A stretch of 64,000 bases of DNA from an uncultured Lachnospiraceae bacterium (GCA_946403625.1 CAMJAP010000001.1:1910-65909), one strand, 5' to 3'; positions 1-9,197 are shown, counted from the first letter of the stretch. Numbers and translations are program-made. The notes: generated from the sequence alone by a model not told the origin.

Positions 1-688
1 ACAGTTTTTACAGTACAATGATCTGCTGCTGGAATGGAACAGCTTTATGAACCTGACCGCCATTACCGAAGCAGAAGAAGTATTGCAAAAACACTTTGCG
101 GACAGTCTGCTTCCTTTTTTGCTGCCGGAATGCAAAGCTACGGAAGCGGTCCGGAACGGAAAGGCAGCATCCCTCATCGACATCGGGACCGGTGCCGGTT
201 TCCCGGGCATCCCTTTAAAGATCGCGTTCCCGCAGCTGCAGATCACACTGCTGGATTCTTTAAACAAACGCGTAAATTTCTTAAATGAAGTGATCCGCCG
301 TCTGGAACTGGACGGTATCCAAGCAGTCCACGGCCGTGCCGAAGATTTTGCCAAGCCGGGACAGCTGCGGGAGACCTTTGACTTTGCGGTATCCCGTGCG
401 GTTGCCAATATGTCCACCCTGTCCGAATACTGCCTGCCCTATGTCCGGACCGGCGGCTGTTTTGTTGCCTACAAAGCATCCGGCTTTACTGCGGCAGATT
501 CCGAATCTTCCGAATACAGCGCCGCCGCAAAAGCGATCAGGCTGCTGGGCGGTACTGCCGATGCGGTGATCGAATACAGCCTGCCGGAATCCGGGGATCC
601 CAGATGTCTGGCCGTCATCAAAAAAACAGCCCCTACACCGAAGAAGTATCCCCGCAAAGCAGGGCTTCCGGCGAAGGAGCCGTTATAA
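1..688 (+). CDS. rsmG: 16S rRNA (guanine527-N7)-methyltransferase RsmG/GidB, 5' end cut by window edge
   Basis: The frame of ORF 47..688 stays open back to nt 2 (QFLQYNDLLLEWNSFMNLTAI...). It has the SAM-binding motif IDIGTGAGFPGIPLKI and RsmG-like length and C-terminus. Confidence 0.9.
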   Translation, partial: QFLQYNDLLLEWNSFMNLTAITEAEEVLQKHFADSLLPFLLPECKATEAVRNGKAASLIDIGTGAGFPGIPLKIAFPQLQITLLDSLNKRVNFLNEVIRRLELDGIQAVHGRAEDFAKPGQLRETFDFAVSRAVANMSTLSEYCLPYVRTGGCFVAYKASGFTAADSESSEYSAAAKAIRLLGGTADAVIEYSLPESGDPRCLAVIKKTAPTPKKYPRKAGLPAKEPL

Positions 689-701
689 GATTCACCATTG
701 A

Positions 702-878
702 TCACATCTGGTGTTTTACGATCTGATACTCATCTCCCTGTTGAAAAAAGGGGCAGCCTTTTGCATTGCCGGTCAGGAAACGATACATATCGTCCTCATC
801 CAGGCCGGCATCGCATTCATAATTATCAAATTCCTCATCATATTCATAGTGCATACACAGTTCACACGGATCGTTCAT
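702..878 (-). CDS. small (58 aa) acidic Cys-containing protein, DUF6472-like by recollection
   Basis: Hand translation gives MNDPCELCMHYEYDEEFDNYECDAGLDEDDMYRFLTGNAKGCPFFQQGDEYQIVKHQM*. ATG is at 878..876 and is preceded by GGAGGATAAC. It is below the 60-aa cutoff, so it is absent from the ORF track. Confidence 0.55.
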   Translation of the reverse strand: MNDPCELCMHYEYDEEFDNYECDAGLDEDDMYRFLTGNAKGCPFFQQGDEYQIVKHQM

Positions 879-928
879 GTTATCCTCCGGAAAGATTCAG
901 AGCCCGAAGGCCCTGAAACATATCTTGA

Positions 929-2206
929 TTACTTGTTGGTCTGCCGTCTTCGGACAAACTCGTGCCGGGTACCGGTGTACTTATCCGCCTGCCTTGTTAA
1001 GCCAAACGAATTGTTCACCAGGAAGCGATCGGCCTGGGTCTTTTCGGCTGCCACCATCGCCGCCTTTGCGGAAGACAATGCTACAAACGCGCCGATGAGG
1101 CCGACTACGATCGCACCGAGGATTGTCGTTGCACCAAATCCGTCCATGGCAAAATAGAGGATTGCCGCCGCGATCAACGCAATGATCACAAAACGACTCA
1201 AAAACAGTTTGGTACTCTTGCCCTGATCGATAGGCAGATCACCCACGACCTTGCCGCTCTGGCCGTTCATTGCAAAACTGTAGACCTGCCCGTTCCACTG
1301 GGTCGAGAGCATCCAGACCGGCAGCATACAATAGCGTACGCGGCCGTCCCGAATATGAATGTTCTCCGAAGTCGGATTGACCGAGGTGTAACCCTTTACG
1401 GTTTCACGGATCTTCTGCTTTGCCGTGTTGCGAATGCGGCCGTCCACACGCTCTTTTACCGCATTGGCATCTTCATCATATTTGCTGGCTACATAGCCGG
1501 ACATATAGGCCGGGTTGTAGTCCGTGATCTTGGAATAATCATACGGCTCCAGGGAATCCATATAGGCATCCTTCATCTCTTTGGAACCGTCTGCCGGCAC
1601 TTTTTCGAAACGCATCTTGGCGCTTCTGGTTACGGCATAATCCTGGATCTCTTTCCAGACTTCATCGCCCTTATCATACTGGCGCTCCTTGGTGGCGCGG
1701 TAAAAGCAGTCGCCCTCGGTATCGCAGTCAAAGAGCCAGAACGGTACATATACACCGTTAATATTGTCAATACGGTTCTTATCAATGAAGCTGTCCGGGA
1801 TCAGTTTCTTCCCTTTATAGAAATTGGTCAATGCTGCCTGGGCAGATCGTTTATCCACCGCAAACGGGATGATACCGTCCGGCAGATTGATGCCTTCGAA
1901 GGAATCCTTGATGACCAGCGGATTGCCGCAATACGGACATTCCGTTGCACCGACTTTCTCATCCGCCACCAGCACGGCTGCACATGTGTTGCAGACATAT
2001 TCCTTCATGCCCGCTCCGTCCATCTGCTGCGTGCTCGTCTGCTGCCAGTCGGTCACTTCCTCCTTCACCTGTGTATCCTGCGAAAACTCCGACATATCAA
2101 ACTGGCTGTCGCAATACTCGCAGGCCATCTTGTTCAGATCCCCGCGGAACGCCAGCGGAGCACCGCAATTCGGACATTTATAATCATGAAAACCGTTATC
2201 TGCCAT
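929..2206 (-). CDS. double zinc-ribbon membrane protein, function unknown
   Basis: Two CxxC...CxxC ribbons are present (YKCPNCG..CEYCDS and CNTCAA..CPYCGN). The C-terminus is hydrophobic (IIALIAAAILYFA, ILGAIVVGLIGAFVAL). I chose the internal ATG at 2206 (MADNGFHDYKCPNCG) because it has a G-rich RBS. The ORF extends to 2260. Confidence 0.6.
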   Translation of the reverse strand: MADNGFHDYKCPNCGAPLAFRGDLNKMACEYCDSQFDMSEFSQDTQVKEEVTDWQQTSTQQMDGAGMKEYVCNTCAAVLVADEKVGATECPYCGNPLVIKDSFEGINLPDGIIPFAVDKRSAQAALTNFYKGKKLIPDSFIDKNRIDNINGVYVPFWLFDCDTEGDCFYRATKERQYDKGDEVWKEIQDYAVTRSAKMRFEKVPADGSKEMKDAYMDSLEPYDYSKITDYNPAYMSGYVASKYDEDANAVKERVDGRIRNTAKQKIRETVKGYTSVNPTSENIHIRDGRVRYCMLPVWMLSTQWNGQVYSFAMNGQSGKVVGDLPIDQGKSTKLFLSRFVIIALIAAAILYFAMDGFGATTILGAIVVGLIGAFVALSSAKAAMVAAEKTQADRFLVNNSFGLTRQADKYTGTRHEFVRRRQTNK

Positions 2207-2380
2207 ACACTCTTTACCCCCATCCTTCTTTTTCGCGCAGGCTATTGCCCACAAAAACAACTATAGCAAACTAAAACCAGATTTGCAATGCGGAATCGTA
2301 GATGTCGGTTTACATAGTAAGATTACAGGCAATTGTGTATATTGTATAAAAACCGTTATTAAAGATGTGCATAAAATTTA

Positions 2381-2409
2381 TTGCGAATACCCCTAAAGTT
2401 TTGTATAAT
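2381..2409 (+). promoter_or_regulatory. sigma-A type promoter for the stand-alone pilin gene
   Basis: TTGCGA (2381..2386), an exact 17-nt spacer, then TATAAT (2404..2409). It lies about 75 nt upstream of the ATG at 2483. Confidence 0.55.
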
Positions 2410-2482
2410 TATACCGATAGATATAATAGTTGTGGCAGAGGGATAGGATGTCCCACCAAAAAAAATTAATGTAAAGGAGTAC

Positions 2483-2953
2483 ATGATTATGAAGAGAGCG
2501 AAAATGAACAACAAAGGTTTCACATTGGTTGAGTTGATCGTAGTATTGGTCATCCTCGCAATTCTGGCAGCCGTTCTGGTGCCGACTCTGTTGGGTTACA
2601 TTGACAGAGCAAAATCCGAGAAGGATTACTCTACGGCACAGTCCATCCGTGTGGCATGCCAGTCAGCGATTGCTGAAGCGTATGCAAAGAAAACATCAGG
2701 CGCTTCTGTTGGCGAGGATGATATAAGTTATGATACGGTATGGCAGTTGGTTGGTGCTACCGCCACCGGTACGAACAGCAAAAAGGCAACTCTTGATGGG
2801 GTTAATGTTGAGATTTCTTCGATCACAATAGTAGACAACCAGATTACCGCAATGAAAGTGATCATTAATTCGAACGAATATAACTTGAAGGATAATGTAT
2901 GGAGCGGTAAATCCGATAGCGCTTCTACACCTGAAACTCCTACTGAAGGATGA
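2483..2953 (+). CDS. type IV pilin / pseudopilin with prepilin-type N-terminal cleavage-methylation motif (candidate major pilin)
   Basis: Leader MIMKRAKMNNKG|FTLVELIVVLVILAILAAVLV with Glu at +5. AGGAG RBS lies 5 nt upstream. At 156 aa it is monocistronic between its own promoter and terminator. Confidence 0.85.
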   Translation: MIMKRAKMNNKGFTLVELIVVLVILAILAAVLVPTLLGYIDRAKSEKDYSTAQSIRVACQSAIAEAYAKKTSGASVGEDDISYDTVWQLVGATATGTNSKKATLDGVNVEISSITIVDNQITAMKVIINSNEYNLKDNVWSGKSDSASTPETPTEG

Positions 2954-3006
2954 TCTTGAGTTGTATATAGCAACCCGGCTACAACAAAATTGCATAAGTA
3001 ATAAAG

Positions 3007-3038
3007 ATCCCGTACAGAAATCTGTACGGGATTTTTTT
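3007..3038 (+). terminator. rho-independent terminator of the pilin gene
   Basis: Perfect 12-bp stem ATCCCGTACAGA/TCTGTACGGGAT with a 2-nt loop, followed by T7. Confidence 0.8.
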
Positions 3039-3070
3039 GTAGCAAGAAGATTTTACACTCTTGTAAACTA

Positions 3071-3098
3071 AAAAAGCCTTCCCCCCAAAGGGGGAAGG
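3071..3098 (-). terminator. terminator of gpmI; also one copy of the C/G-tract hairpin repeat
   Basis: On the minus strand, CCTTCCCCC-TTT-GGGGGGAAGG is followed by CTTTTT. It lies 25 nt past the gpmI stop. Confidence 0.6.
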
Positions 3099-3122
3099 TG
3101 AGGGGCCCTCCCTCTAATATTC

Positions 3123-4718
3123 TTACGCTTTCTTTACCAGCAGAGACTCACCGGTCATCTCCTTCGGCTGCGGCAGATCCATGATCTGGAGCAGTGTCGG
3201 AGCGATATCGCAAAGGCGGCCGCCCTCACGCAGGGTATATGCCGGATCGTAGTTGTACAGGATGAACGGTACCGGATTGGTGGTGTGTGCGGTATGCGGT
3301 GCGCCGGTCTCCGGGTTCACCATCTGCTCGCAGTTTCCGTGGTCTGCACAGATGAAAAGTACACCGTCCATCTGCTTTACTGCTTCTACTGCAGCACCTA
3401 CACACTGATCGATGCGCTCTACTGCCTTAACAGCAGCTTCCAGCACGCCGGTGTGGCCGACCATATCCGGGTTTGCAAAGTTGATGATCACTACATCATA
3501 CTTGCCGGAGGTGATCATCGCATCCAGCTTCTCGCTGACTTCCGGTGCGCTCATTTCCGGCTTCAGGTCATAGGTTGCAACCGCCGGAGAGTTTACCAGG
3601 ATGCGGTCTTCGTCTTTGTTCGGCTCTTCGATACCGCCGTTGAAGAAGAAGGTTACATGTGCGTATTTCTCGGTCTCGGCAATTCTCAGCTGCTTCAGAC
3701 CGTTGTTTGCCAGATATTCACCCAGAGTGTTTGTGATCTCTTCCTTCTTGAATGCTACGAACTTGTTCGGGATGGTCTCGTCATAGTCCTTGAAGCATAC
3801 ATAGGTCAGCGGCATGTAGCCGTTTGCACGCTTCAGGTACTTGATGCACTTGGTATCTGCTGCATCGCCCGGCTGCGCTGCGATATCTTCATCGGTAAAG
3901 CAGAATGCCTTGGTGATCTCTCTTGCACGGTCCGGACGGAAGTTGAAGAAGATCACGGAGTCGTTCGGCTTTACAAGGCTGAGCGGCTGGCCTGCTTCGT
4001 CGGTGATCACGGTCGGAAGTACGAATTCGTCGGTTACGCCGTTGTCATAGGAAGCCTGCATAGCAGCTACCGGATCGGTTGCCTTCTCGCCTTCGCCCAG
4101 TACCAGGCTGTCATAAGCCTTCTGGATACGATCCCAGTTGTTATCACGATCCATTGCATAGTAACGGCCGGATAAGGATGCTACCTTACCTACGCCGATC
4201 TCGTTTGCCTTATCTACCAGTTCCTGCAGGTAATCCTTACCGGATGCAGGCGGTGTATCACGACCGTCGAAGAACGGATGGATGAATACTTTCTCCAGCC
4301 CTTCGCGCTTGCACAGCTCAAGGATTGCATACAGATGTGTGTTGTGGCTGTGTACACCACCGTCGGAAAGCAGACCCCAGATGTGCAGATCGGAATTGTT
4401 CTTCTTGCAGTTCTCGATCGCACGCAGCAGTTCTTCGTTCTTGAAGAATACGCCGTCTTCGATATATTTGGTGATGAGGGTCAGGTCCTGATAAATGATG
4501 CGGCCGGAACCGATGTTCATATGACCTACCTCAGAGTTGCCCATCTGACCGTCCGGCAGACCTACTGCCAAACCGGAAGCAAAGCCCTTTACGAAAGGAC
4601 ATTCTGCCTCTAGCTTATCCATTACGGGTGTGTTTGCGATCGCAATGGCATTTGCCTCTTTGTTGTCAGACAGACCGTAGCCGTCCAGCACCATTAAAAC
4701 AACAGGTCTTTGTTTCAT
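3123..4718 (-). CDS. gpmI: 2,3-bisphosphoglycerate-independent phosphoglycerate mutase
   Basis: N-terminus MKQRPVVLMVLDGYGLS, plus the GNSEVGH and ADHGN motifs typical of iPGM. AGGAGAA RBS. 531 aa. Confidence 0.95.
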   Translation of the reverse strand: MKQRPVVLMVLDGYGLSDNKEANAIAIANTPVMDKLEAECPFVKGFASGLAVGLPDGQMGNSEVGHMNIGSGRIIYQDLTLITKYIEDGVFFKNEELLRAIENCKKNNSDLHIWGLLSDGGVHSHNTHLYAILELCKREGLEKVFIHPFFDGRDTPPASGKDYLQELVDKANEIGVGKVASLSGRYYAMDRDNNWDRIQKAYDSLVLGEGEKATDPVAAMQASYDNGVTDEFVLPTVITDEAGQPLSLVKPNDSVIFFNFRPDRAREITKAFCFTDEDIAAQPGDAADTKCIKYLKRANGYMPLTYVCFKDYDETIPNKFVAFKKEEITNTLGEYLANNGLKQLRIAETEKYAHVTFFFNGGIEEPNKDEDRILVNSPAVATYDLKPEMSAPEVSEKLDAMITSGKYDVVIINFANPDMVGHTGVLEAAVKAVERIDQCVGAAVEAVKQMDGVLFICADHGNCEQMVNPETGAPHTAHTTNPVPFILYNYDPAYTLREGGRLCDIAPTLLQIMDLPQPKEMTGESLLVKKA

Positions 4719-4792
4719 GATAGTTCTCCTTTATGATTGAAATGTGTAAATTAGGTTTCTTCGCAACGCCCTACATTATACAATAAGAATAT

Positions 4793-4972
4793 TTATTTCG
4801 CAACAAAACGATTTTGCGCGGCATCGTAGGTATAGCCGATGGCCGCCAGTTTCTCCGTGATCTCGGATTCGGCAATGCCGTTGGAGGCGGCAAAATCTTC
4901 CAAAGTAGAATAGTGATCACGCAATTGCGTATTAACATAGCTCAGTAACATGACCGGGTCTTTCGGTATCAT
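4793..4972 (-). CDS. DUF4250-like small protein (59 aa)
   Basis: Hand translation gives MIPKDPVMLLSYVNTQLRDHYSTLEDFAASNGIAESEITEKLAAIGYTYDAAQNRFVAK*. GGAGGAG RBS precedes the ATG at 4972. It is below the track cutoff. Confidence 0.7.
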   Translation of the reverse strand: MIPKDPVMLLSYVNTQLRDHYSTLEDFAASNGIAESEITEKLAAIGYTYDAAQNRFVAK

Positions 4973-5063
4973 AAATGCTCCTCCTAAATCGGTGTTAGTT
5001 TATTCTAACATTCTATATCTGCGGGATAAATAATGCAATCCTTTTTCCCTCGGAAAAACTCCC

Positions 5064-5093
5064 AAAAAAATCTCCCCTGCCGGGGAGATTTTT
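5064..5093 (-). terminator. terminator closing the type IV pilus operon (after pilB)
   Basis: On the minus strand, AAATCTCCCC-GGCA-GGGGAGATTT is followed by a T-run. It sits immediately after the pilB stop at 5095. Confidence 0.7.
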
Positions 5094-5094
5094 G

Positions 5095-6783
5095 TTATTC
5101 GTTGTATGCGATTCTCTGCAGTTCTTCCATCGTGGTGATCCCTTCTTCCACCAGACGAAGGCCTGCCATCTTGATACTCTCCATGCCCTGGTACTCGATC
5201 GCGTAGCGGGTGATCTCCTCCGCAGTGGCTCCTGCAGCGATCATACCACGCACCTTTTTGTCCGATACCAGCACTTCGTGCACCGCGATACGGCCGGAAT
5301 AGCCGGTATTGTGGCACTTTGCGCAGCCCACTGCCCGTTTTGCCGTCGGAATATCCCGTCCCGCAAATGCGATCTCGGATTCATTCAAACCTACCACCTG
5401 TCCGCAGTACGGACATACCTTACGCAAAAGTCGCTGTGCCACGGCTCCCACCAGCGCCGAGGAAAGCAGATAGGGTTCCGCACCCATATCGATCAGACGG
5501 ACGATCGTGGATACCGCATCGTTAGTATGCAGTGTGGAAAGCACGAGGTGACCGGTGATCGCGGCTCTCAGGGAGATCGTCGCCGTCTCCGAATCTCGGG
5601 TCTCACCAACCATGATAACATCCGGGTCCTGTCGTAACAGAGCTCTTAAGCCCACTTCAAAGGTCAGTCCCGCGGTAGGATGCACCTGCATCTGGTTTAA
5701 GTGTGCCAGGTTCTTCTCCACCGGGTCCTCGATGGTGGAAATATTTACCGGCTTGCTCGCCAGAGAACCAAGTGCCATATACAGCGTGGTCGTTTTACCG
5801 GAACCGGTCGGTCCCGTGATATAGATCAGACCGTTCGGCGATTTGAGCATCTTGGAAAACTTTGCGTAGTTGTCCGGTGTCATACCGAAGGTATCGCTGC
5901 GGTCGATGTCGGCATTGGATGCCAGGATTCGCATTACCACCTTTTCTCCGAATACGGTAGGGATAACGCTGACGCGGACATTGACGATCTGATCGCGGAT
6001 ACGGATACGGAAATGTCCGTCCTGCGGAACACGACGCTCTGCGATATCCAGCTCACCGATAATCTTGATACGGGCTACCAATGCGTTCTGCACATTTTTG
6101 TTCAGCGTGATGTAGTTGAGCAATACACCGTCGGTACGCATACGCACCAGGATTTCTTTTTCAAAGGGCTCGATATGCACATCGGATACACCGTCCTGAT
6201 ATGCCTTGTCCAGCAGGGAGTTTACCAGGTTGATAATCGGCGCGTCATCGGCCGTTACATTGGCATCGATGATGACTTCCTGGGTCTCACTGGCCGATGC
6301 GGTTTCACTTGCGTTTGCCGCTGCCTGCTTGGTCTTGATCGCTGCGTAATGATAAGTAATGGCATCTTTTAACGCCTGCGACTCTGCCAGCAGCGAATGA
6401 ATATTCATACCGGTGGTCTGACGAAGATCCTCGATCGCGTACAGGTTCAGCGGGTCGTTCATTGCTACCGTCAGCACACCTTCCTGGAGCGAAACCGGCA
6501 GGATCAGATACTGCTGCGCCATCTGAATGGGAATGGTCTTCACCGCTTCTTCTTCTACCGGATAGGTCGCAATGTCGATCAAACTGGTCTGCAGACGATC
6601 CGCCAATGCCGTCAGCATCTGCCGCTCCTGCACATACCCCTGCTCGATCAGGATCTGACCGATACGCTTGGAGCGATCCTGTTTCTGCAGTGCCAGCGCC
6701 TCCATCAGCTGCTGCTCCGTGATGTAGCCGGAGTTGACCATCAGGTCGCCCAATCGTATTTCTTTTATAAGTTTATTATCCAT
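5095..6783 (-). CDS. pilB: type IV pilus assembly ATPase, GspE/PilB family
   Basis: N-terminal T2SSE_N-like region (LGDLMVNSGYITEQQLMEALALQKQ). Walker A is GPTGSGKTTT. The tetracysteine motif CPYC...CAKC is typical of PilB/GspE. Confidence 0.9.
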   Translation of the reverse strand: MDNKLIKEIRLGDLMVNSGYITEQQLMEALALQKQDRSKRIGQILIEQGYVQERQMLTALADRLQTSLIDIATYPVEEEAVKTIPIQMAQQYLILPVSLQEGVLTVAMNDPLNLYAIEDLRQTTGMNIHSLLAESQALKDAITYHYAAIKTKQAAANASETASASETQEVIIDANVTADDAPIINLVNSLLDKAYQDGVSDVHIEPFEKEILVRMRTDGVLLNYITLNKNVQNALVARIKIIGELDIAERRVPQDGHFRIRIRDQIVNVRVSVIPTVFGEKVVMRILASNADIDRSDTFGMTPDNYAKFSKMLKSPNGLIYITGPTGSGKTTTLYMALGSLASKPVNISTIEDPVEKNLAHLNQMQVHPTAGLTFEVGLRALLRQDPDVIMVGETRDSETATISLRAAITGHLVLSTLHTNDAVSTIVRLIDMGAEPYLLSSALVGAVAQRLLRKVCPYCGQVVGLNESEIAFAGRDIPTAKRAVGCAKCHNTGYSGRIAVHEVLVSDKKVRGMIAAGATAEEITRYAIEYQGMESIKMAGLRLVEEGITTMEELQRIAYNE

Positions 6784-6819
6784 ACCCCGTGTATTCCCCC
6801 TTATTGATTTTTATCCCGA

Positions 6820-7698
6820 TCATTTTTTCGGTGCTTCATATCCTGCATCTTCGTCGTTATACATATACAGTTTCAAACGGATGGTCAGCATCTTTTCGCC
6901 GGTATCTACTACTTCTACGGAACCGTCTTCATAGGTGCGCACCACCGGCGGCAGCTCATCCCATGCAAATCCGGTCACGCGGATCGACGGCTTTACCAAA
7001 AGATCGTCCAACAGTTTTTGCGCCCGAAACTCGGTACCGGTCAGAACGATCGTAACATCCGCCGCAGTGATCCCGGCCGCCGTTGTATCTTTTACCGTCA
7101 TATACTTTTCCATATAAGCATCCAACGCGGTCTTGGTGATACTCACAGCAAATGTATCGGCAGATGCCTGTGATGATGAAGATGACGAATTCGCGGTGCC
7201 CGTCCCCGTAGAAGAAAGCTGCGCAATCTCGTCCTCCACAGTACCGGATGAGGATGACGATGACGACGAGGATGAGGAGGATGAGGATTTTTTCTGCTTG
7301 TCATATTCGATTCTTTCGTCCGAATACTTATACGGTATCTCCTCCAGCGCCTCCGTCGGCATGGAGATCAGCAGATCCTTTGCACTCAGTCCGAATTCCA
7401 AAACATACATAGTAAACATTTTGTCGATTTCCGAGGAATCCATGGGTGCGTAATACTCTTCCGTAGCCGCTGCCAGATCCTCATCATACTTTTCGACCAG
7501 CAACTGCGCCGATGTCAGCCCCATAACCTTGTTATCGTTCTGCTGTTTCAGCGCCTGCGCCGAAGCAATACTATCCGTAGTCTTGTTGATGGATTTCACG
7601 ATCGGTCGTATCAATACCCACCCGAATACAAACGCGATCACGATAAATCCCAGCATATACAAGAGTTTTTTGTCCCGTGCTGTTAATGTAGCTTCCAT
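6820..7698 (-). CDS. PilO-like bitopic membrane protein with poly-Ser linker
   Basis: Single N-terminal TM (LLYMLGFIVIAFVFGWVLI) followed by a coiled-coil-like segment. It lies between the PilM/N and PilB genes. GGAGGG RBS. The assignment rests on position and topology only. Confidence 0.45.
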   Translation of the reverse strand: MEATLTARDKKLLYMLGFIVIAFVFGWVLIRPIVKSINKTTDSIASAQALKQQNDNKVMGLTSAQLLVEKYDEDLAAATEEYYAPMDSSEIDKMFTMYVLEFGLSAKDLLISMPTEALEEIPYKYSDERIEYDKQKKSSSSSSSSSSSSSSGTVEDEIAQLSSTGTGTANSSSSSSQASADTFAVSITKTALDAYMEKYMTVKDTTAAGITAADVTIVLTGTEFRAQKLLDDLLVKPSIRVTGFAWDELPPVVRTYEDGSVEVVDTGEKMLTIRLKLYMYNDEDAGYEAPKK

Positions 7699-7701
7699 AG
7701 A

Positions 7702-9159
7702 TCAGCCCTCCGCCAATGTGCATACTACATGAATCGACCATGTATTGTCCGATTCATTTTTGGTATATCCGGTATAATCTACCGTTTCAAAGATATCCAT
7801 TGCCAAAAGTCTGGCGATAAACCTATTTACCTTTTCGACATCCTCCGCGATCGCGATGATCTCAAAGACACCGCTTTCCGCAGAATAGGAATCCATTACC
7901 ACGCCGACTGCTTCCTGCTCTGCCGCCTCCTGGATTTTCTTATTCACATCCGAATTCGGGATCGGATAGGTATCACGAAACTCCTTCAACAGATCGACCG
8001 CGCCCTGTGCCTTGCCCAGTCTTCCCGCATCCTTCAGAAGCCGATCATACTCCGCTGCAGACTGCACGATCATCGGTTGTGTGTTATACTCCTGCAAAGC
8101 CGCCAGTTCCTTTTTCTTATTTCCCATTACGATCGCCAGTCCTATGGTGACACAGATCAGTATGATAATGACCACCGCATACGGAACCGCCAGCGTCAGT
8201 ATGGTTTTCTTCTTCCGATACGCATCGGACCCTCTCCACAGAGCCTCCAGAAGGGACATTCCTTCCTGCGTACCGAAAAAGCCTGCGATCGAAAACAGAT
8301 AATCCCCAAACCGGTCAGCTCCCGTATTGATCACCACACTGTCCGGACATGTCATAATCCCTACCACATCCCCCAGCGGATAGCCCTGCAATTCCGTCTT
8401 GAGCAGTGCCATATCTTCCGTATTCAGTCCGGCGATATAAATATTACTGATGGGATCCTCAATGTGCTGCGCCGTAGCGAACTGCCGGATAGAGGAGATT
8501 GCGTTTCGGATCTCCGCAGAAAACTCCGAAGTGCCCGGTATCGAATACACACGGGTATTTAAGTTATTGAAATACTGTCCCTGTGCAAACAGGATCGTGG
8601 TCAGGTTCATACCGTCCAGGATCATGTAGACCACGGTGTTACTGCCCACCTGTGTCTGCATCATATTAACGGCCAGATTGATACCTGCGTGAATGGAATT
8701 TAATTTGATCCCTGCTGCCTCAAAAATGCGGATGTAGGTTTCCACAAATTCTTTCTCCGCCATTTCCGAGATCACCAGCTGTGTCTTTTTCTTTTTACTG
8801 ACCGGATACCAGCCCATGATCGGTTCCGAAAAACGCGCGGTATCTTTTTCATCCACCTCGTTGTTTACATATTTGATCGCTTTGTTTCCGTTCAACAAAG
8901 GCATTTCGATTCGTCTTGCCATCAGATTCGGGCTGTTGATCACCAGGTCTACTGTCTTTTCCTTGATCGCATGCTTGCGCCATGCATCACGAAGGGTATC
9001 CTGCAATGCATTTTCATTGATCACGGTACCGTTTAACAGTGTGCCGTCCGGGATCTCATCCGCATAGAACGCCTTGATCTTTACTTTCTTGCCTGACCGT
9101 TCTCCCAGCACTACCTGTATGCTGCTGTTTGACAAAAAGACATTTACTTTCATCCGCAT
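7702..9159 (-). CDS. PilM-PilN-like fusion (cytoplasmic actin-like domain + TM + extracytoplasmic domain)
   Basis: About 320 aa of soluble N-terminal domain, one TM (ILTLAVPYAVVIIILICVTIGLAIVMG), then about 130 aa of C-terminal domain. It sits next to pilC and pilO-like genes, as in clostridial T4P clusters. The start could be the third codon (ATG at 9153), which has better RBS spacing. Confidence 0.6.
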   Translation of the reverse strand: MRMKVNVFLSNSSIQVVLGERSGKKVKIKAFYADEIPDGTLLNGTVINENALQDTLRDAWRKHAIKEKTVDLVINSPNLMARRIEMPLLNGNKAIKYVNNEVDEKDTARFSEPIMGWYPVSKKKKTQLVISEMAEKEFVETYIRIFEAAGIKLNSIHAGINLAVNMMQTQVGSNTVVYMILDGMNLTTILFAQGQYFNNLNTRVYSIPGTSEFSAEIRNAISSIRQFATAQHIEDPISNIYIAGLNTEDMALLKTELQGYPLGDVVGIMTCPDSVVINTGADRFGDYLFSIAGFFGTQEGMSLLEALWRGSDAYRKKKTILTLAVPYAVVIIILICVTIGLAIVMGNKKKELAALQEYNTQPMIVQSAAEYDRLLKDAGRLGKAQGAVDLLKEFRDTYPIPNSDVNKKIQEAAEQEAVGVVMDSYSAESGVFEIIAIAEDVEKVNRFIARLLAMDIFETVDYTGYTKNESDNTWSIHVVCTLAEG

Positions 9160-9197
9160 TCTCTCCGTATCGTAAGAATTTTAGAATCCGCTTTTCT

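Noticed and set aside
711-1157. 148-aa plus-strand ORF spanning the rsmG-downstream gap
   Set aside because: It overlaps the better-supported 58-aa minus-strand ORF (which has an RBS and a conserved-looking sequence) and the 3' end of the zinc-ribbon gene. It has no RBS.
1355-2266. 303-aa plus-strand ORF
   Set aside because: It is antisense to the zinc-ribbon membrane protein gene. It has no RBS, and its composition is that of a shadow frame.
2432-2465. Hairpin (GTGG..GGGA/TCCC.CAC) followed by A8 in the pilin 5' UTR; considered as an attenuator or riboswitch
   Set aside because: The run after the stem is A on this strand, and T precedes the stem on the other strand, so it is not an intrinsic terminator in either orientation. 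It is too short for, and does not resemble, any riboswitch class I know, including c-di-GMP GEMM motifs.
7133-7453. Plus-strand ORF encoding an extreme acidic run (DEDDDDDEDEEDED)
   Set aside because: It is the mirror image of the poly-Ser codons of the minus-strand PilO-like gene and is not an independent gene.
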